From Octopus sinensis (taxonomy: Eukaryota), in NCBI RefSeq assembly GCF_006345805.1, contig NC_043009.1:4340001-4404000 (forward strand): a DNA stretch of 64,000 nucleotides, written 5' to 3'. The notes under the pieces were generated by a model. That model worked only from the letters and a program-made list of their open reading frames with translations, searched no databases and had not been told where the DNA came from. This document shows, in pieces, positions 39,545 to 53,300 of this stretch; the stretch's first letter is position 1, and each line of letters opens with the position of its first letter. The translations under genes were made by a program, and so were the position numbers.

Positions 39545-39559
39545 GCACACACATTTCTA

Positions 39560-39590
<31 letters not shown>

Positions 39591-39661
39591 TACACTAGTA
39601 TACTGGATTATTTACATCACTACACAAACACACTTGCACGTGCGCACACACACACACACTG

Positions 39662-39699
<38 letters not shown>

Positions 39700-40203
39700 A
39701 TGGCCATTATAATAAAACAACCATTGTTCTATCGCCGGTTTCTTGCTTTTTCACATTCTTGAATTTATTTTAGCGCTAATTGTTCGTGTTTATCCGGCAG
39801 CAGCAGCAGCAGCAGTAGTAGCAGTAGCAGTAGTAGCAGCAGCAGCAGTAGTAGTAGTAGTAGTAGTAATAGTAGTAGTAGTAGCAGTAGCTTTATTTCT
39901 ACCCCTCCATTTTATGTCACGAACTAGTAGTGTCGCCCAATAGGTCCTCACATAATTTGAAATTATGCGGTCTGAGGTAGATTTTGGACTGATATTTCTA
40001 GCAAGTAGAAAGACCATATTGAGACATTCTGATTCATCTCTTGGTGATAGGAGACAGCGTTATGTAAAAACCGAAGCAAAAGCCGTTTTGATTTTGATGA
40101 CGGTTCACTTAATCTTCTCAGTTTCACCTTCATATATTTTTTTTTTTATTCTTTGAATCTATTTTCCACCACCACCTTCACTACAGACTGCTGCTGCTGC
40201 TGC

Positions 40204-40249
<46 letters not shown>

Positions 40250-40550
40250 TAGTAGTAGTAGTAGTAGACAGCGGAGTCTATGTACTATTATTGTAGCAAT
40301 ATTCTAACTGGAATACTTGTATAGACATTTAAAAGTTAACAAAACCTCCAAGAAGAGCTATTTATTAGGTGGTAGGTAGAATTTTTAAAGAGAGCGAAAA
40401 ATGAAATGGAAGAGCTGGCGAAATAATGGAGGATAGTTTCCGAGTTTTACTGGATGAATGATGGCAGTGACCGAGATTAGAACGAGAGAAAGAAAATTAA
40501 CGAGAACTCATAAAACAAAACAATAATTGTGTTGAACATAAGTATACATA

Positions 40551-40585
<35 letters not shown>

Positions 40586-40675
40586 TCACAATACGTCTGT
40601 TTATGTGTGTGTGTGTGTTTGCCGGTATATATTACACACACACCACACACACATATACATGTATATATATATATG

Positions 40676-40720
<45 letters not shown>

Positions 40721-41330
40721 CGTGTGTGTATATATATACATATATAAACATATGTGTGTGTGTGTGTATATTTATATGTAAATTTATAAATGTATGTACG
40801 CATATGTATGTTATGTGTGTTTGTGTATATATATATATATATATATATGCGCATGTGTATGTATGTCTATTAATGTGTGTGGGCCTGTGTATGTACTGGA
40901 GAATTTCTCTGTATTTATATACATAGAAACTCTCCAGTTTATTCACACGCACATATGCGTTGTGTGTGTGTGTGTGTGTGTATACGTTTGCTATGTATAT
41001 ATAAACCTGTGTATGTCTGTGATTGCTTATATGCACACAGACACTATGTCTCCTGCTCGCACTCTCTCTCTCTCTTTCTCTCACTATTTTTCTATGCTAT
41101 TTAGTGGTCTACAAATATCTATTTTACAGTTTTTAGCTTTGTTCTTCTACTTCCAAATTTTAAACTCATCAGAGAGCAACATTTTCTCTTATAATATTCT
41201 CATAAAACGATACAATAAACAATAGTTATATATCGTTGGAAAGTAGCCATTTCAATCACCTGTACAGTTTTCACTTACAAATATGAATCGTGTGTTAATT
41301 AAAAGATATACATAAATATCTATTGCTATG

Positions 41331-41421
41331 TTAATGTTCGTATTTTCTCTTCTTTTTTAGGTAAGTACAATGGAAAATATTTGAAACAATTTCTTTGTTA
41401 TGCTGCTTATAACAGGTAAGG
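41331..41421 (+). promoter_or_regulatory. Candidate recursive splice site with a 55-nt exon (41361-41415)
   Basis: TTAAT branch-like motif, TATTTTCTCTTCTTTTTTAG|GTAAGT, and a downstream donor CAG|GTAAGG at 41416. Confidence 0.6.
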
Positions 41422-41800
41422 TGTTTTACGACATCTCAGTCCTAGAACGAAACCACGTCAAAAGTTCCTGGTGTTGCTTCTTTGGTTAATTATCTTTTAC
41501 CAATGCTTTAATACTAACCAACATCCACGAACCCTCTAGTAAGGGTTTTTAATTGTCTGACAGGTGAAACGTAGACTGTGCTTTGATAATCTCTAATTGT
41601 CTGACTATTTCCTGTTTACACCTTTGATGACTGAAAGCTAAACCTTTTTAATACTAACACATTTGCGACCAACCGTTTCTAAATAAAAATTTTCATCAAA
41701 ATCAAAAGGACAAATTGATATAATGAAATATCAATAGGCCAACATAAGCATGATAACTGCACTAGTATAATAGGTGATGACTAATATAATTAATAGTAAG

Positions 41801-42207
41801 TAGGAGTGGGTGTGTGGTAAGTAACTTGCTTACGAACCACATAGTTTCGGGTTCAGTCCCACTGCGTGGCACCTTGGGCAAGTGTCTTCTACGATAGCCT
41901 CGGGCCGAGCAAAGCCTTGTGAGTGGATTTGGTAGACGGAAACTGAAGGAAGCCCGTCGTATATATGTATATATATATGTGTATGTGTGTATATATGGTT
42001 GTGTGTCTGTGTTTGTTCCCCCAGCATCGCTTGACAACCGATGCTGGTGTGTTTACGTCCCCTGTAACCTAGCGGTTCGGCAAAAGAGACCGATAGAATA
42101 AGTACAAGCCTTAGAAAGAATAAGTCCTGGGGTCGATTTGCTCGACTAAAGGCGGTGCTCCAGCATGGCCTCACTCAAATGACTGAAACAAGTAAAAGAA
42201 TAGAATA
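41801..42207 (+). mobile_element. SINE family A, full length
   Basis: All modules present; close to the 17139 copy. Confidence 0.95.
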
Positions 42208-42919
42208 AAACTACGAATGTGAGATTGGAAATGACAAATAAATATCTTTCCGTTGTGTTAACAAAAAAAAAAAAAATAGGCAGAATATACTTCGTAGCAT
42301 AAAAGATGCGATGACCACGGCAAGAATGCTTTTGATCATTGGTTCTATCCTGCACCTAAAGGACAACAAAAGCAACACCGGTGAATGCTTCTGAGCGAAA
42401 GAGTGCAGGGCATCTGAACGTTTCAAGAAAAACGATGGATTTGTAGTAGCAGATTAGTTCCTCTCGAAGGCGCAGACATTGGCAAAGCATTTTATGGCAG
42501 CCCAGCAACTGCCCAAATATGCAAATATCCCATTTCCACATCAGTGATGGAAAATAAAATTCCTTTAAATAGACTGTAGCGTTTAATTCTCTTATTCATA
42601 TCTAAGTTTTGTGCTCAAAACTTTGCTGGTGAAGTTTCACCTGATTTGAATTAGTTTTCGAGTATGAGCGAGGCAGTTATACATTTCCTTGCTTCATACG
42701 CAATACCATAGACAGAATTTCAGCTTCATAAAATCCTCTGCGTGTCCGTGTTTTCTTCTTTGTTTGTTTGTTTTCCGGCCTATTATGAGCATTATGAACA
42801 GAACTAATCTGAGCGTAACTGCAGAAACCCTGTAGTTGCAAATGAAGAAAGAAGCAAGTAAGAGTTATAACACCAGAGTGTTTTGTTTCTTTTGCCAATT
42901 CTGAAATCCACTCTTGTTG

Positions 42920-43000
42920 GATTCTTTGTAAGCCTAGTACTTATTCCATCGGTCTCCGTTGCCGAACCGCTAAGTTACGGGAACGTAAACACACCAGCAA
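42920..43000 (-). mobile_element. SINE family A internal fragment
   Basis: ATTCTTTGTAAGCCTAGTACTTATTCCATCGGTCTC...AAACACACCAGCA. Confidence 0.85.
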
Positions 43001-43153
43001 CGAAATCCACTTACAATCCATTATAAAAGGGTTTTTAACCCGAAATAGCAGAACTAATTAAATATTTCTGTTATAATTTGATCATTATTAATGTTTCATT
43101 TCATATTTTATACTTTATCTTCGTTATCCTTGTCTTCTATTTCACGCTCAGTT

Positions 43154-43190
<37 letters not shown>

Positions 43191-43778
43191 TTGTTCGTTT
43201 GTTTTTGTGTGTCTGAGTCTCGTATATATATATATATATAGGCCCTATGACATTGTATAAGTACATTTATCCTGAGAACCTCGAGAGCACCTCGACACTA
43301 AAAGCAACTGATAACGTTTGCACGGGAAGTGAAGTTGACGAGACAGGGCAAAAACAATTTGTCTACACATCACCCTACCCGTTTACTACCATCATCGTTG
43401 TCGGCAGCGTTGTTGTTTTTTGTTATATTTGTTGCTGTTATATTCTGCTGAAGTTAACGGGAAACTAGTCCAGTAGTAACCAAAAAAGAGAAAAGAGAAA
43501 GAAAAAAACATAGGTAAAAACAAACAGTACGAAACAACTGCTAAAACAAAATTAAAAAAAAAGGCCACTTGTCAGTAACACCACCTTCCGTTTGCAAGAG
43601 TAAAGAATCATTAATGCTTGACAGGGAGCCATTTTGTATGTTGTTGCTGTTGTTGATATTGCATTTGTTTTTGTTTTTGTTATTATTGCTGCGTTCGAGA
43701 GATGTTTAGGTTGTGGTAGTTACGTGTCTCTATATGTATGCGTAGATGTATACTTGCTTGTGAGTACATGCATGCATG

Positions 43779-43827
<49 letters not shown>

Positions 43828-44391
43828 ATGTGTGTCTGTATGCATATATGTAGGCTTACGTGCGTGTGAAGCGAGATGGCGTGTGTTGGTGTTGCTAAAA
43901 TTGTTAAAACAGCCTGATGGGAAAAACAGAAGTTTTTTGACAGGGAGTTCGGGCGAGAAAAAGCTTACTAAGGTACGCCGGATTCGGCTCGTGTCAGGCT
44001 TGGATTAATTTCTTCCGTTTCGAAAGAGTGGCTTTGCATGTGATCACGAGTTAGACAGTGCTGAATTGGCTGTTTTGGGAAGAACGATAACTCCTGGGAA
44101 TTAAACAGACAAAAACAAAAAAAAAAAAAAGAAGAGGAAGGAAAAAAATACAAAGAAATAAGACAAACGAAGAATTGGGCAATTTATACTTCATGGCTTG
44201 CCAGAAATAGAAACCATATGTCCCTCAAATTACCAATGGCAAAAGTGACAGATAAAATAAATACCAACTTTAAAGATGAAGTCCTGGGGTAGATGCTCTA
44301 GCTTGGCCGTAGTGATTGTTACAAATAAAAGAATAGGTAGATAGAGAGAGAGACAGAGAGAATTTTGTCATCGCTAAATGGTAGAGACTGA

Positions 44392-44651
44392 TACTCTTTT
44401 ACTCTTTTACTTGTTTCAGTCATTTGACTGTGGCCATGCTGGGGCACCGCCTTTAGTCGAGCAAATCGAATCCCAGGACTTATTCTTTGTAAGCTTAGTA
44501 CTTATTCTATCGGTCTGTTTTGCCGAACCGCTAATTTACGGGGGGCGTAAACACACCAGCATCGGTTGTCAAGCGATGTTGGGGGACAAACACAGACACA
44601 CAAACACACACACACACACCACACACACATATATATATATATATTATATAT

Positions 44652-44746
<95 letters not shown>

Positions 44747-44918
44747 TACATACATATATACGACAGGCTTCTTTCAGTTCCGTCTACCAAATCTACTCAC
44801 AAGTCTTTGGTCGGCCCGTGGCTTTAGTAGAAGACACTTGCCCAAAGTGCCACGCAGTGGGACTGAACCCGGGACCATGTGGTTGGTGAGCAAGCTACTT
44901 ACCACACAGCCACTCTTG
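44392..44918 (-). mobile_element. SINE family A, full length, with expanded internal microsatellite
   Basis: All modules present; roughly 160 bp of (CA)(TA)(GA) tract inside. Confidence 0.95.
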
Positions 44919-45569
44919 TTGCTACATAAAACATCGCTGTGGCTAGAGAAAGAATTATCAACCAACCGGAAGTTTAAATCTTCTGATATGTTTTCGGCAA
45001 TGACAGCATACCCTCTTTATCTGCCCACAGAGACATAGCTTATAAATCAACTATTATGGAGGTCTTAAATAAAACGGAGCGACCGATGTACCGAGTTTAA
45101 CACCATGTTAATTATCGAATTCAATTAATAAGTTACTTTCGCATGAATAAGGATTTGTTTTAGTGCTGCACTGTACTACAGAAATTTGTACCGTTGACCC
45201 CTCCTTTCTTCTAGCCACGAATATTTACATAACGTCAATATGTTTACACCTATCAATTATATACTGCATTAACTAAAATCTATAGACATGCTCTGTAGTA
45301 CTGTGTTACCTTCAACGGATCAGTGATTTATTGATATAACATATATGTATGGCTAAATTATATTCAATTATAATATTTGCTACGTTTATATATTATTCAT
45401 GTATCTATTTGTATATGGAGGTATGTGTGAAGGCGGATTTTATAATAGCAATATGCTTTATGCTACTCAGCGAATTCATTTCCAAATCTAGCTGGTAAAT
45501 GTTAAGGGACTCGGGAATATGCATCGGAGGACTTCCCTAATACTTTGAAATTATCTATCTATTTGCCAA

Positions 45570-45650
<81 letters not shown>

Positions 45651-46510
45651 GTCTGTCTGTCTATCTCTCAATCTACCTCCCAATCTTTCTATCTCTCTGT
45701 TACATACACACGCACATGTGCGCGTGTGTGTGTGTGTGAATACACAAACACTTATACACACATGTATGCTTACAATTATGCTTACGTATTTGTTTATGAA
45801 AATGAGGGCTTATATACCTGTATGTATATGTTCGATTTTCATATATTGACATATATTCGCAGCGTTTCGATCGCATTTTAATTTGCCACACATGAATTGT
45901 TTTACGATAAAATACACGCGCATGTACACGTATGTGTATGTATGTATGTGCGTGTGTATTTGTGTGCGTTTATGCATAGACCTTCACAACATCATAGGCA
46001 AACTTGGCGAATCTATGCTATTACGAGTCCAAATTGAAGGAAACATTTTCGCTTGCAATCTGTTCAAATAGCTCAACATCAAAGCTCATTGGAAAGATAA
46101 GAATCACTGAACCAGCGGTGCGTAACGTAAACGCGTGAAATATTCACAAGTTTAAAGCTTACAGAAAGATTTGACGAAGTGTGGCTTGGCATCGTTATCA
46201 CACGTATTTACTTAATACATGATGTAAATATATAAATAAGTAATCTTTACCTGTTTTATTCTATACTATGACCAGGATAACATCACGTAGATGAAGGTGA
46301 AACATCACCACAAGCGACTATTAGCAGTTAGATATTTATAAGCAAATTAATTCTATTTGTGTAAATATGCATGCATCAACACAGGGATAGACATATACGC
46401 CTATACTTATAGATAATCTACTAGAAATAGCAGCACAGTGACCTTCCATTAACACGCACTTTACAATGTTTTAAGAAGTAAAAGGAAGACCCATTGGACA
46501 AATGATTTTT

Positions 46511-46905
46511 AGGTGCAGGAGTGGCTGTGAGGTTAGTAGCTTGCTTACCAACCACATGGTTCCAGGTTCATTCCCACTGCATGGCACCTTGGGCAAATGT
46601 CTACTATAGTCTCAGGCCGACCAAAGCCTGGTGAGTGGATTTGGTTGACGGAAACTGAAGGAAGCCCATCATATATATGTATATATGTATGTGTGTGTAT
46701 ATGTTTGTGTATCTGTGTTTGTTTCCCCCAACATCGCTTGACAACCGATGCTGGTGTGTTTACGTCCGCGTAACTTAGCGAAGGAGACCGATAGAATAAG
46801 TACTAGGCTTACAAAGAATAAGTCCTGGGGTCGATTTGCTCGACTAAAGGCGGTGGTCCAGCATGGCCTCAGTCAAATGACTGAAACAAGTAATAGAGTA
46901 AAAAG
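46511..46905 (+). mobile_element. SINE family A, full length
   Basis: AGGTGCAGGAGTGGCTGTGAGG... through the tail. Confidence 0.95.
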
Positions 46906-47089
46906 TGTAGGTGCTATATCTGGAAATGAGAAGTTTTAGTCATGGCTAGAAATGGATGACCGCTGCTAGTCGAAACAACAAAGGGAAAGTGGTCTCTTAT
47001 ATAAAAAAAAAAAAACAAAACAAAAAAAAAACATGGTTGGAATGATTTAACAAGATTCATTTGATCAGAAAATAAACAATAACAGTAAC

Positions 47090-47189
47090 NNNNNNNNNNN
47101 NNNNNNNNNNNNNNNNNNNNNNNNNNNNNNNNNNNNNNNNNNNNNNNNNNNNNNNNNNNNNNNNNNNNNNNNNNNNNNNNNNNNNNNNN
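47090..47189. other. Assembly gap (100 N)
   Basis: Run of exactly 100 N, a typical unknown-size scaffolding gap. Adjacency across it is uncertain. Confidence 1.
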
Positions 47190-47610
47190 CTAAGAAATAT
47201 TCCTTCGTCCTTTGCAATTGCTATTTCTAAACCGTTCGTTCTTTCTCCTCTCCGCGCAGAGAAGAATGTACGCAAGAAAGCTCGTCTCGTATAAAGAAAA
47301 AAAACATGAAATTAGAGAAATAACTTGACGACAATAATAAAATATTTAATAATAATAATAATAATATAATAATAATAATAAGAAGAAGAAGAAGAAGAAG
47401 AATAACAATAATAACAATAACAAACTACAACAACATCAATAATAATATTGATAGCAATAACAAAATCAGCAGCAATAATAATAATAATGATAATAATAAT
47501 AATAATAATAATAATATAATAATAATAATAATAATAATAATAACTACAATAATAATAAGAACACATCAACGACCCCAGAAGTAGCAGTAGTTGCAGCAGC
47601 AACAGCAGTT

Positions 47611-47651
<41 letters not shown>

Positions 47652-48959
47652 TTTCTCGTTGCAACAAGCATGGCGGATGAGTCGACATTAAAAGGATCAC
47701 TTGGAAAACGGAGGGGAGAGTTGGGGATTACTCAGAAGGAAATACGGGAAAAAAATTTAATTATTAAAATCCATGATGATGTTATGATCATCATTAAGTA
47801 GTAGTAGTAGTAGTAGTATTTTGGCGGTTGATTATGGTGTTGAAGAAGGGGACGACGCTGAGGATGATGATGATACAAAGATTACTATGGTGATATTGTG
47901 AGGATGGTGATAATGATGCGTGAGGCGATAGGAGGAGGTGGAAGAAGAGGTAGTAGTAGTAGAAGAAGAAGAAGAAGAAGACGAAGAAGAAGGAGATGAT
48001 GAAGACGAAGAAGAATTTGATAGTGTTAATGATGATGTTGGTGATGAAGAAAATGAAGACGACGACGAAGAAGAAGAAGAAAACGAAAAAGAAGAGGAAG
48101 AAAAAGAAGAAGAAAAAGATGAAGAAGAAAATGAAGAAGCAGAAGCACAGCACAGGCATTTTGATTGGCCATGCACATCTCTTTGAAAATATCGCCGCCA
48201 AACTCAATCAGTGTGATGAAAGGCAGGAGTGAAATTGGTGTCGGAGACGGGTGGGAGTGGGGTGGAGAAACGGGTTGGGGGTGGCGGTGGCGGTATTGAA
48301 AGGCGAGGATTGGGGATGGCGTTGTATGAAAGAATGTGAATGAAGTTAGACAAACGATGAATGAATAAGATGTAGTTTGATAACGAAAGACGATGATAAC
48401 TAAGCAATAAGAAAGAATAAAGAAAGAATTAAATGACAAATAAATGACAGAACAGAAGACAATGAGGGAGGAGAGGGGGGAGTTGAAGAAAAAGGATTTG
48501 GAAAAGGAAGAAGTGGGGTAAGATGGGGAGGAGAAGGAGAAAAGGAAAACGGAAGGGATGAGGACAGGAAGAGGAAGTTGGTAATACAAACAAAACAACA
48601 ACAAAACAAAAAATGGCGAAGTGATGGAATGCAATATAAAATATAAATTTGCCGGGTCCTATTCAACAGTCTGATTGAAAAGGGGAAGGTGTATCGAGAG
48701 TAGCAGCATTCCCATCGTATTCATCATCGTGAGAATATTCCTCCTTTTCCTTATTAACATCATCCTCATCACCATCATCATCACCATCATCGTCATCGTC
48801 ATCATAATCATCGTCATTGACCTCCTCCTCCTCATCATCATCGGCGTCGTCGTGGTGTTCATCATCAGCACCACCACCATCACCAGTATTACGATCGCTA
48901 TAAATCGGCAAAGTCCTCATCGATTCATATAAAGGATTCGTACATTTGATATATAAAAT

Positions 48960-48991
48960 TATCTATCCATCCATCCGTCCGTCCGTCCGCC

Positions 48992-49067
<76 letters not shown>

Positions 49068-49275
49068 CATCCATCTATCTATCCATCCATCTATCTATCC
49101 ATCTTATCTATCAATCCATCTATCTATCCATCTGTCTATCTATCCATCCATCCATCCATCCATCCATCCATCCATCCATCCATCCATCCATCCATCCATC
49201 CATCCATCCATCCATCCATCCATCCATCCATCCATCCATCCATCCATCCATCCATCCATCCATCCATCCATCCAT
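48960..49275. repeat. (TCTG)n/(TCCA)n tetranucleotide array
   Basis: Directly visible. Confidence 0.95.
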
Positions 49276-49791
49276 CTTCCCATTATCTATCTATCATTCA
49301 ATCTAACAATCTATTTATATCCTTTCCTGCTCTACCTCCCTCCCCCCTCTCTCTTCCTACATATTACATAGATACGTACACATACATACATACATACATA
49401 CATATATTTATAGTCTGTGTGTTTCTTTTTCTCCCTCTCTCCCTCCCTCTCTCTCATTGTGCTTGAGCGCGGGAATCGGTGTTGATATAAACATATATAC
49501 ACTTTTTGATGTGTGTGTGGGGGGGGGAGTAGGAGGGAGAGATAAAGAGTGAAGGAAACAGATAGCATACACTCTGCAACTGTGTATTTTGTTTTTGTTG
49601 TTGTTTTTTGATCTGCACATTCCGCGCCAATTCAAACAATTTGTAATATAAGGAAATTATTAACACGTATAAAAGCAGCGAAGTATAGGGAGAAAAATGC
49701 TTGCGTGTTACAAGGGAGAAACAAACGTAAAAAACGAATGGATAAGATGAAATATTGGGAACGTAAAATATGGCAGGCAGGCAGATAGATG

Positions 49792-49825
<34 letters not shown>

Positions 49826-49921
49826 CAGAGACAGAGACGAGATTTAGAGAAATAGAGACAGAATAAAGAGATGAAGCGATACATAGATGTATGTTTAGAT
49901 CTATATTATATATATATATAT

Positions 49922-49978
<57 letters not shown>

Positions 49979-50007
49979 TAGATGATAGATAGAGAATAAT
50001 ATATATA

Positions 50008-50048
<41 letters not shown>

Positions 50049-50873
50049 GATAGATAGACAGATCGATCATATAATAGATAGATAAGATGGATAGATTGAT
50101 AGATATAGATAGAGAGATAGAGACAAAATAATAAATAGCAATAAATATATAGCTATATATATATATAAAGAGAGGGAGAAGAGGTAGATAGATAGATAGA
50201 TTGCAATAAATACTGATAAGCAGAGATACAAGAATAAACTAATAGAATAAGGTCAGGGAGAGATTGGGAGAGGAGTCAGAGTGAATAATATAAAAGAGCT
50301 GATGGTGTGTTACAAGCAACTGCAAAAATATATAGTGAGAAAATAGACAGAATCAACGTGTTCATGTGCGCATGCGCATGGGATGATTGTCTCACTGTCT
50401 AGGTGTGTAAGAACATCTCTGTTTCTGTGCGTGTGTGTGCGTATATATATGTGTGTGTATGTGTGTATATATGTGTGTGTGTATGCGATTTGTGTTCTAT
50501 TGCTTCTCTCGATGTATCTCTTTTCCGTATCCCTCTGTCTCTCCTTTTCTAGCCCTCACGTTTCTCTCTCTCTCTCTCTTTCTCTGTTTATACGACTGTT
50601 CTCTGTGTGTCTGTACGGTTGTAGTGAAAGTTATTAAAAACTGCTTTAGGCCCCTAACACATCTTAGCAGATTAAAAATACCAAAGAAAGGTATGAGAAC
50701 CACATAACTATATAAGGAATACAATGTGTTAGAAACATGGGCCGACATGGGGAGAATAAAGAAACAAAAAAACAAAACCAGAGGAAAGAAACATATACAC
50801 ACACACATATATAGACATATATATATAGACATACATACATACATTCATATATAGACATACATACACGCATTCA

Positions 50874-50916
<43 letters not shown>

Positions 50917-51428
50917 AATGGAACAAGATGGGCTCCAGGAAAGTAATTTCAATATGGACTTATAGGTAAAGAGCTGGGGATGGGTAATACGTGTAACTGG
51001 CAATAAGACTCTGAGATACAACAAAAAATAAAAAGATAAAAAACAAAAAACAAATGCGAAAACAACGGGAAATACAGAAACAAAATTGATAATCAAAATG
51101 GTGGCGAGCAAATGTGTGAGCGTTTGCTTGTATCTGTATACACACATACGCACACATACACGCACGCACACACGCACATACAAGCGCGCGCGCATACATA
51201 TTGTACTTCTGTTGAGAAATATACTATAAGTGTTTCTAAAAGACCAATCGTAATATTTTTTGTGTTGGTATGCGTGTGTGTAAGAGTGAGAGAGAGAGAG
51301 AGAGAGAGAGAGGGATAGAGTGAGAGAGGGGGGAGTGTTTGGGTAAAAGAGAGAGTTTGTGTGAGACAAAGAATGAGAGAGTATGTGCGCGAGATAAAGA
51401 GTGAGTGTATGAGTGAGAGTTTGTGTGC

Positions 51429-51471
<43 letters not shown>

Positions 51472-51558
51472 GTATGTGTGTGTGTGTGCGCGCGCAAATG
51501 TGTGTTTGTGAGCTTATTAACATTTTATATAATTAAAGCTAAGCTATGAATTATTATG

Positions 51559-51763
51559 CAGTAACCCCTCGACTATAGCAGGTATTACGTTCCAAAACCT
51601 CCCAGAGAAATAATAAAAATCTTAAACAATATAATTGTCTATCGGACGCAGAAACTGGGATGTACTGAGGAGTCCGCGATATAAATTTACCTATATTAGA
51701 CAGAAAAATCCGCCATGTACTGAGTGCGCGATAGGTGAACCGCGATATGGCGAAGGATTACTG
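51559..51763. mobile_element. pogo/Tigger-like MITE (205 bp)
   Basis: TIRs CAGTAACCCCTCGACTATAGC and GCGATATGGCGAAGGATTACTG. TA on the right, TG on the left. Confidence 0.75.
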
Positions 51764-52058
51764 TACGTAATATTGTTTTATATGAAGGTGTTGGTCCCAC
51801 ATATTCATGCCTACACGTACATATGCATAACTATTATACTTTAAGCAGCGAAGATCTTAAGAAAAAGTGTGTCTGTGTGTCTGTGTGCTTCTGTGTGTGT
51901 GTGTGTAACTTCGACAGCACGCAATTTCAAAAACTAAAAATTTGTAACTAAAGATTTATACCTCATGGACATATTTGCATATATTCTCATTTTAGTTCTT
52001 GAAAACCAATTATTTATATCAAAACTTGATCTAGTTTCGCTTTCACTTATATGATTTA

Positions 52059-52093
<35 letters not shown>

Positions 52094-52257
52094 CTCATGA
52101 GGCTGGAACTTATCTTGATTTTCAAGCCATTTAGGCTGAGAGTCCACGAACAGTCACCCCTTGAATCGCAGGGCACGTCAGTCCGTCAATGTGTAAACCT
52201 GCATGCATCATTAGTAATCATTTGATGCTGAGCAGGTATATGTACTGAATCACCGTT

Positions 52258-52368
52258 AAATAAAATGCCTTGCTCAAATATATAACATACCATCTGGTCC
52301 TAGATTCGAACCCGCGACCTTAGTGATCGTTAACGCAACAAGCTAACCACTAGGTCACTTGCTTTCAC
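52258..52368 (-). mobile_element. SINE head of C2 type
   Basis: Minus strand GTGAAAGCAAGTGACCTAGTGGTTAG...GGTTCGAATC, similar to 22490-22592. Confidence 0.7.
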
Positions 52369-52612
52369 ATGTTATAAGATGGGAATGCTAATGTAGTCTG
52401 ATATGATGATATAAGATTATGTTACATGCTACTGGCTGGTTATCGTGGTGAAACGTTATCTATAAGTCTTCTGTTACTTTCCAATTAAATTTGGATTATA
52501 CCCGGACCAAAGTGGTTATTTACAGCATTTTGATTTACGTTTCATCTGACAATCATATGTACTAAGCACCCTGCTGCTTCACAACGCATAAATGTGTACA
52601 TGTTTTTATCTC

Positions 52613-52652
<40 letters not shown>

Positions 52653-53300
52653 TGCGTACAAGTGCAATAATCTATTAAGTATCCTGTATTTGATTTCCGT
52701 ATTTCTTTACATTCGTGTTAATATCTCCGTACGTACTCGGGTTTTCCACCGCACCCCTTCTAAAATACAAACACACATCATACCACGCTACACTCAATCA
52801 GATGTTCATACTCACACATATGCTTATTTTTGTATTCGTGTACATATGCATAGCTGTGTCTGAGGATAAAACAAAGAGTATTCATAATTATTTAAATCCA
52901 AAAGACTTGGTTGTGCAATCAACATATCTAGTTGCAGTTAGACTTGGAATAAGCTGAGGTTTGGCTTATGTGCATCTAAGACTACATTATCCAGCATACA
53001 CATTTTCTTTCAAGCTGGTGCTGTGTGATATGATGGCGGTGAAGGTGATGGCTTATTGGTTACGTTGGTGAGCTCTTGGGTGGAATATAAATTTGATCTC
53101 AAGACAACGTACCATCCTTCTTAAGTAAGAATTGCATCTTCTTCAGAGTAACATCCCGCGGACGATTAGTCATAAGCCTTGTAAATACAAAATATCGACA
53201 GTCATTGATGGTTATCGCAAACTTGGTATAATGGTTCAAATTGGTTAATTATAAATAATTAAAGGACAAAACCTATTGGAATGTAATTTTATTATTATTA

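Noticed and set aside
41555-41576. GTCTGACAGGTGAAACGTAGAC hammerhead look-alike
   Set aside because: Lacks the G8/A9 core positions and has no stem II.
47938-48186. Acidic poly-Glu/Asp ORF
   Set aside because: Translation of (GAA)/(GAT) repeats; no splice or domain evidence.
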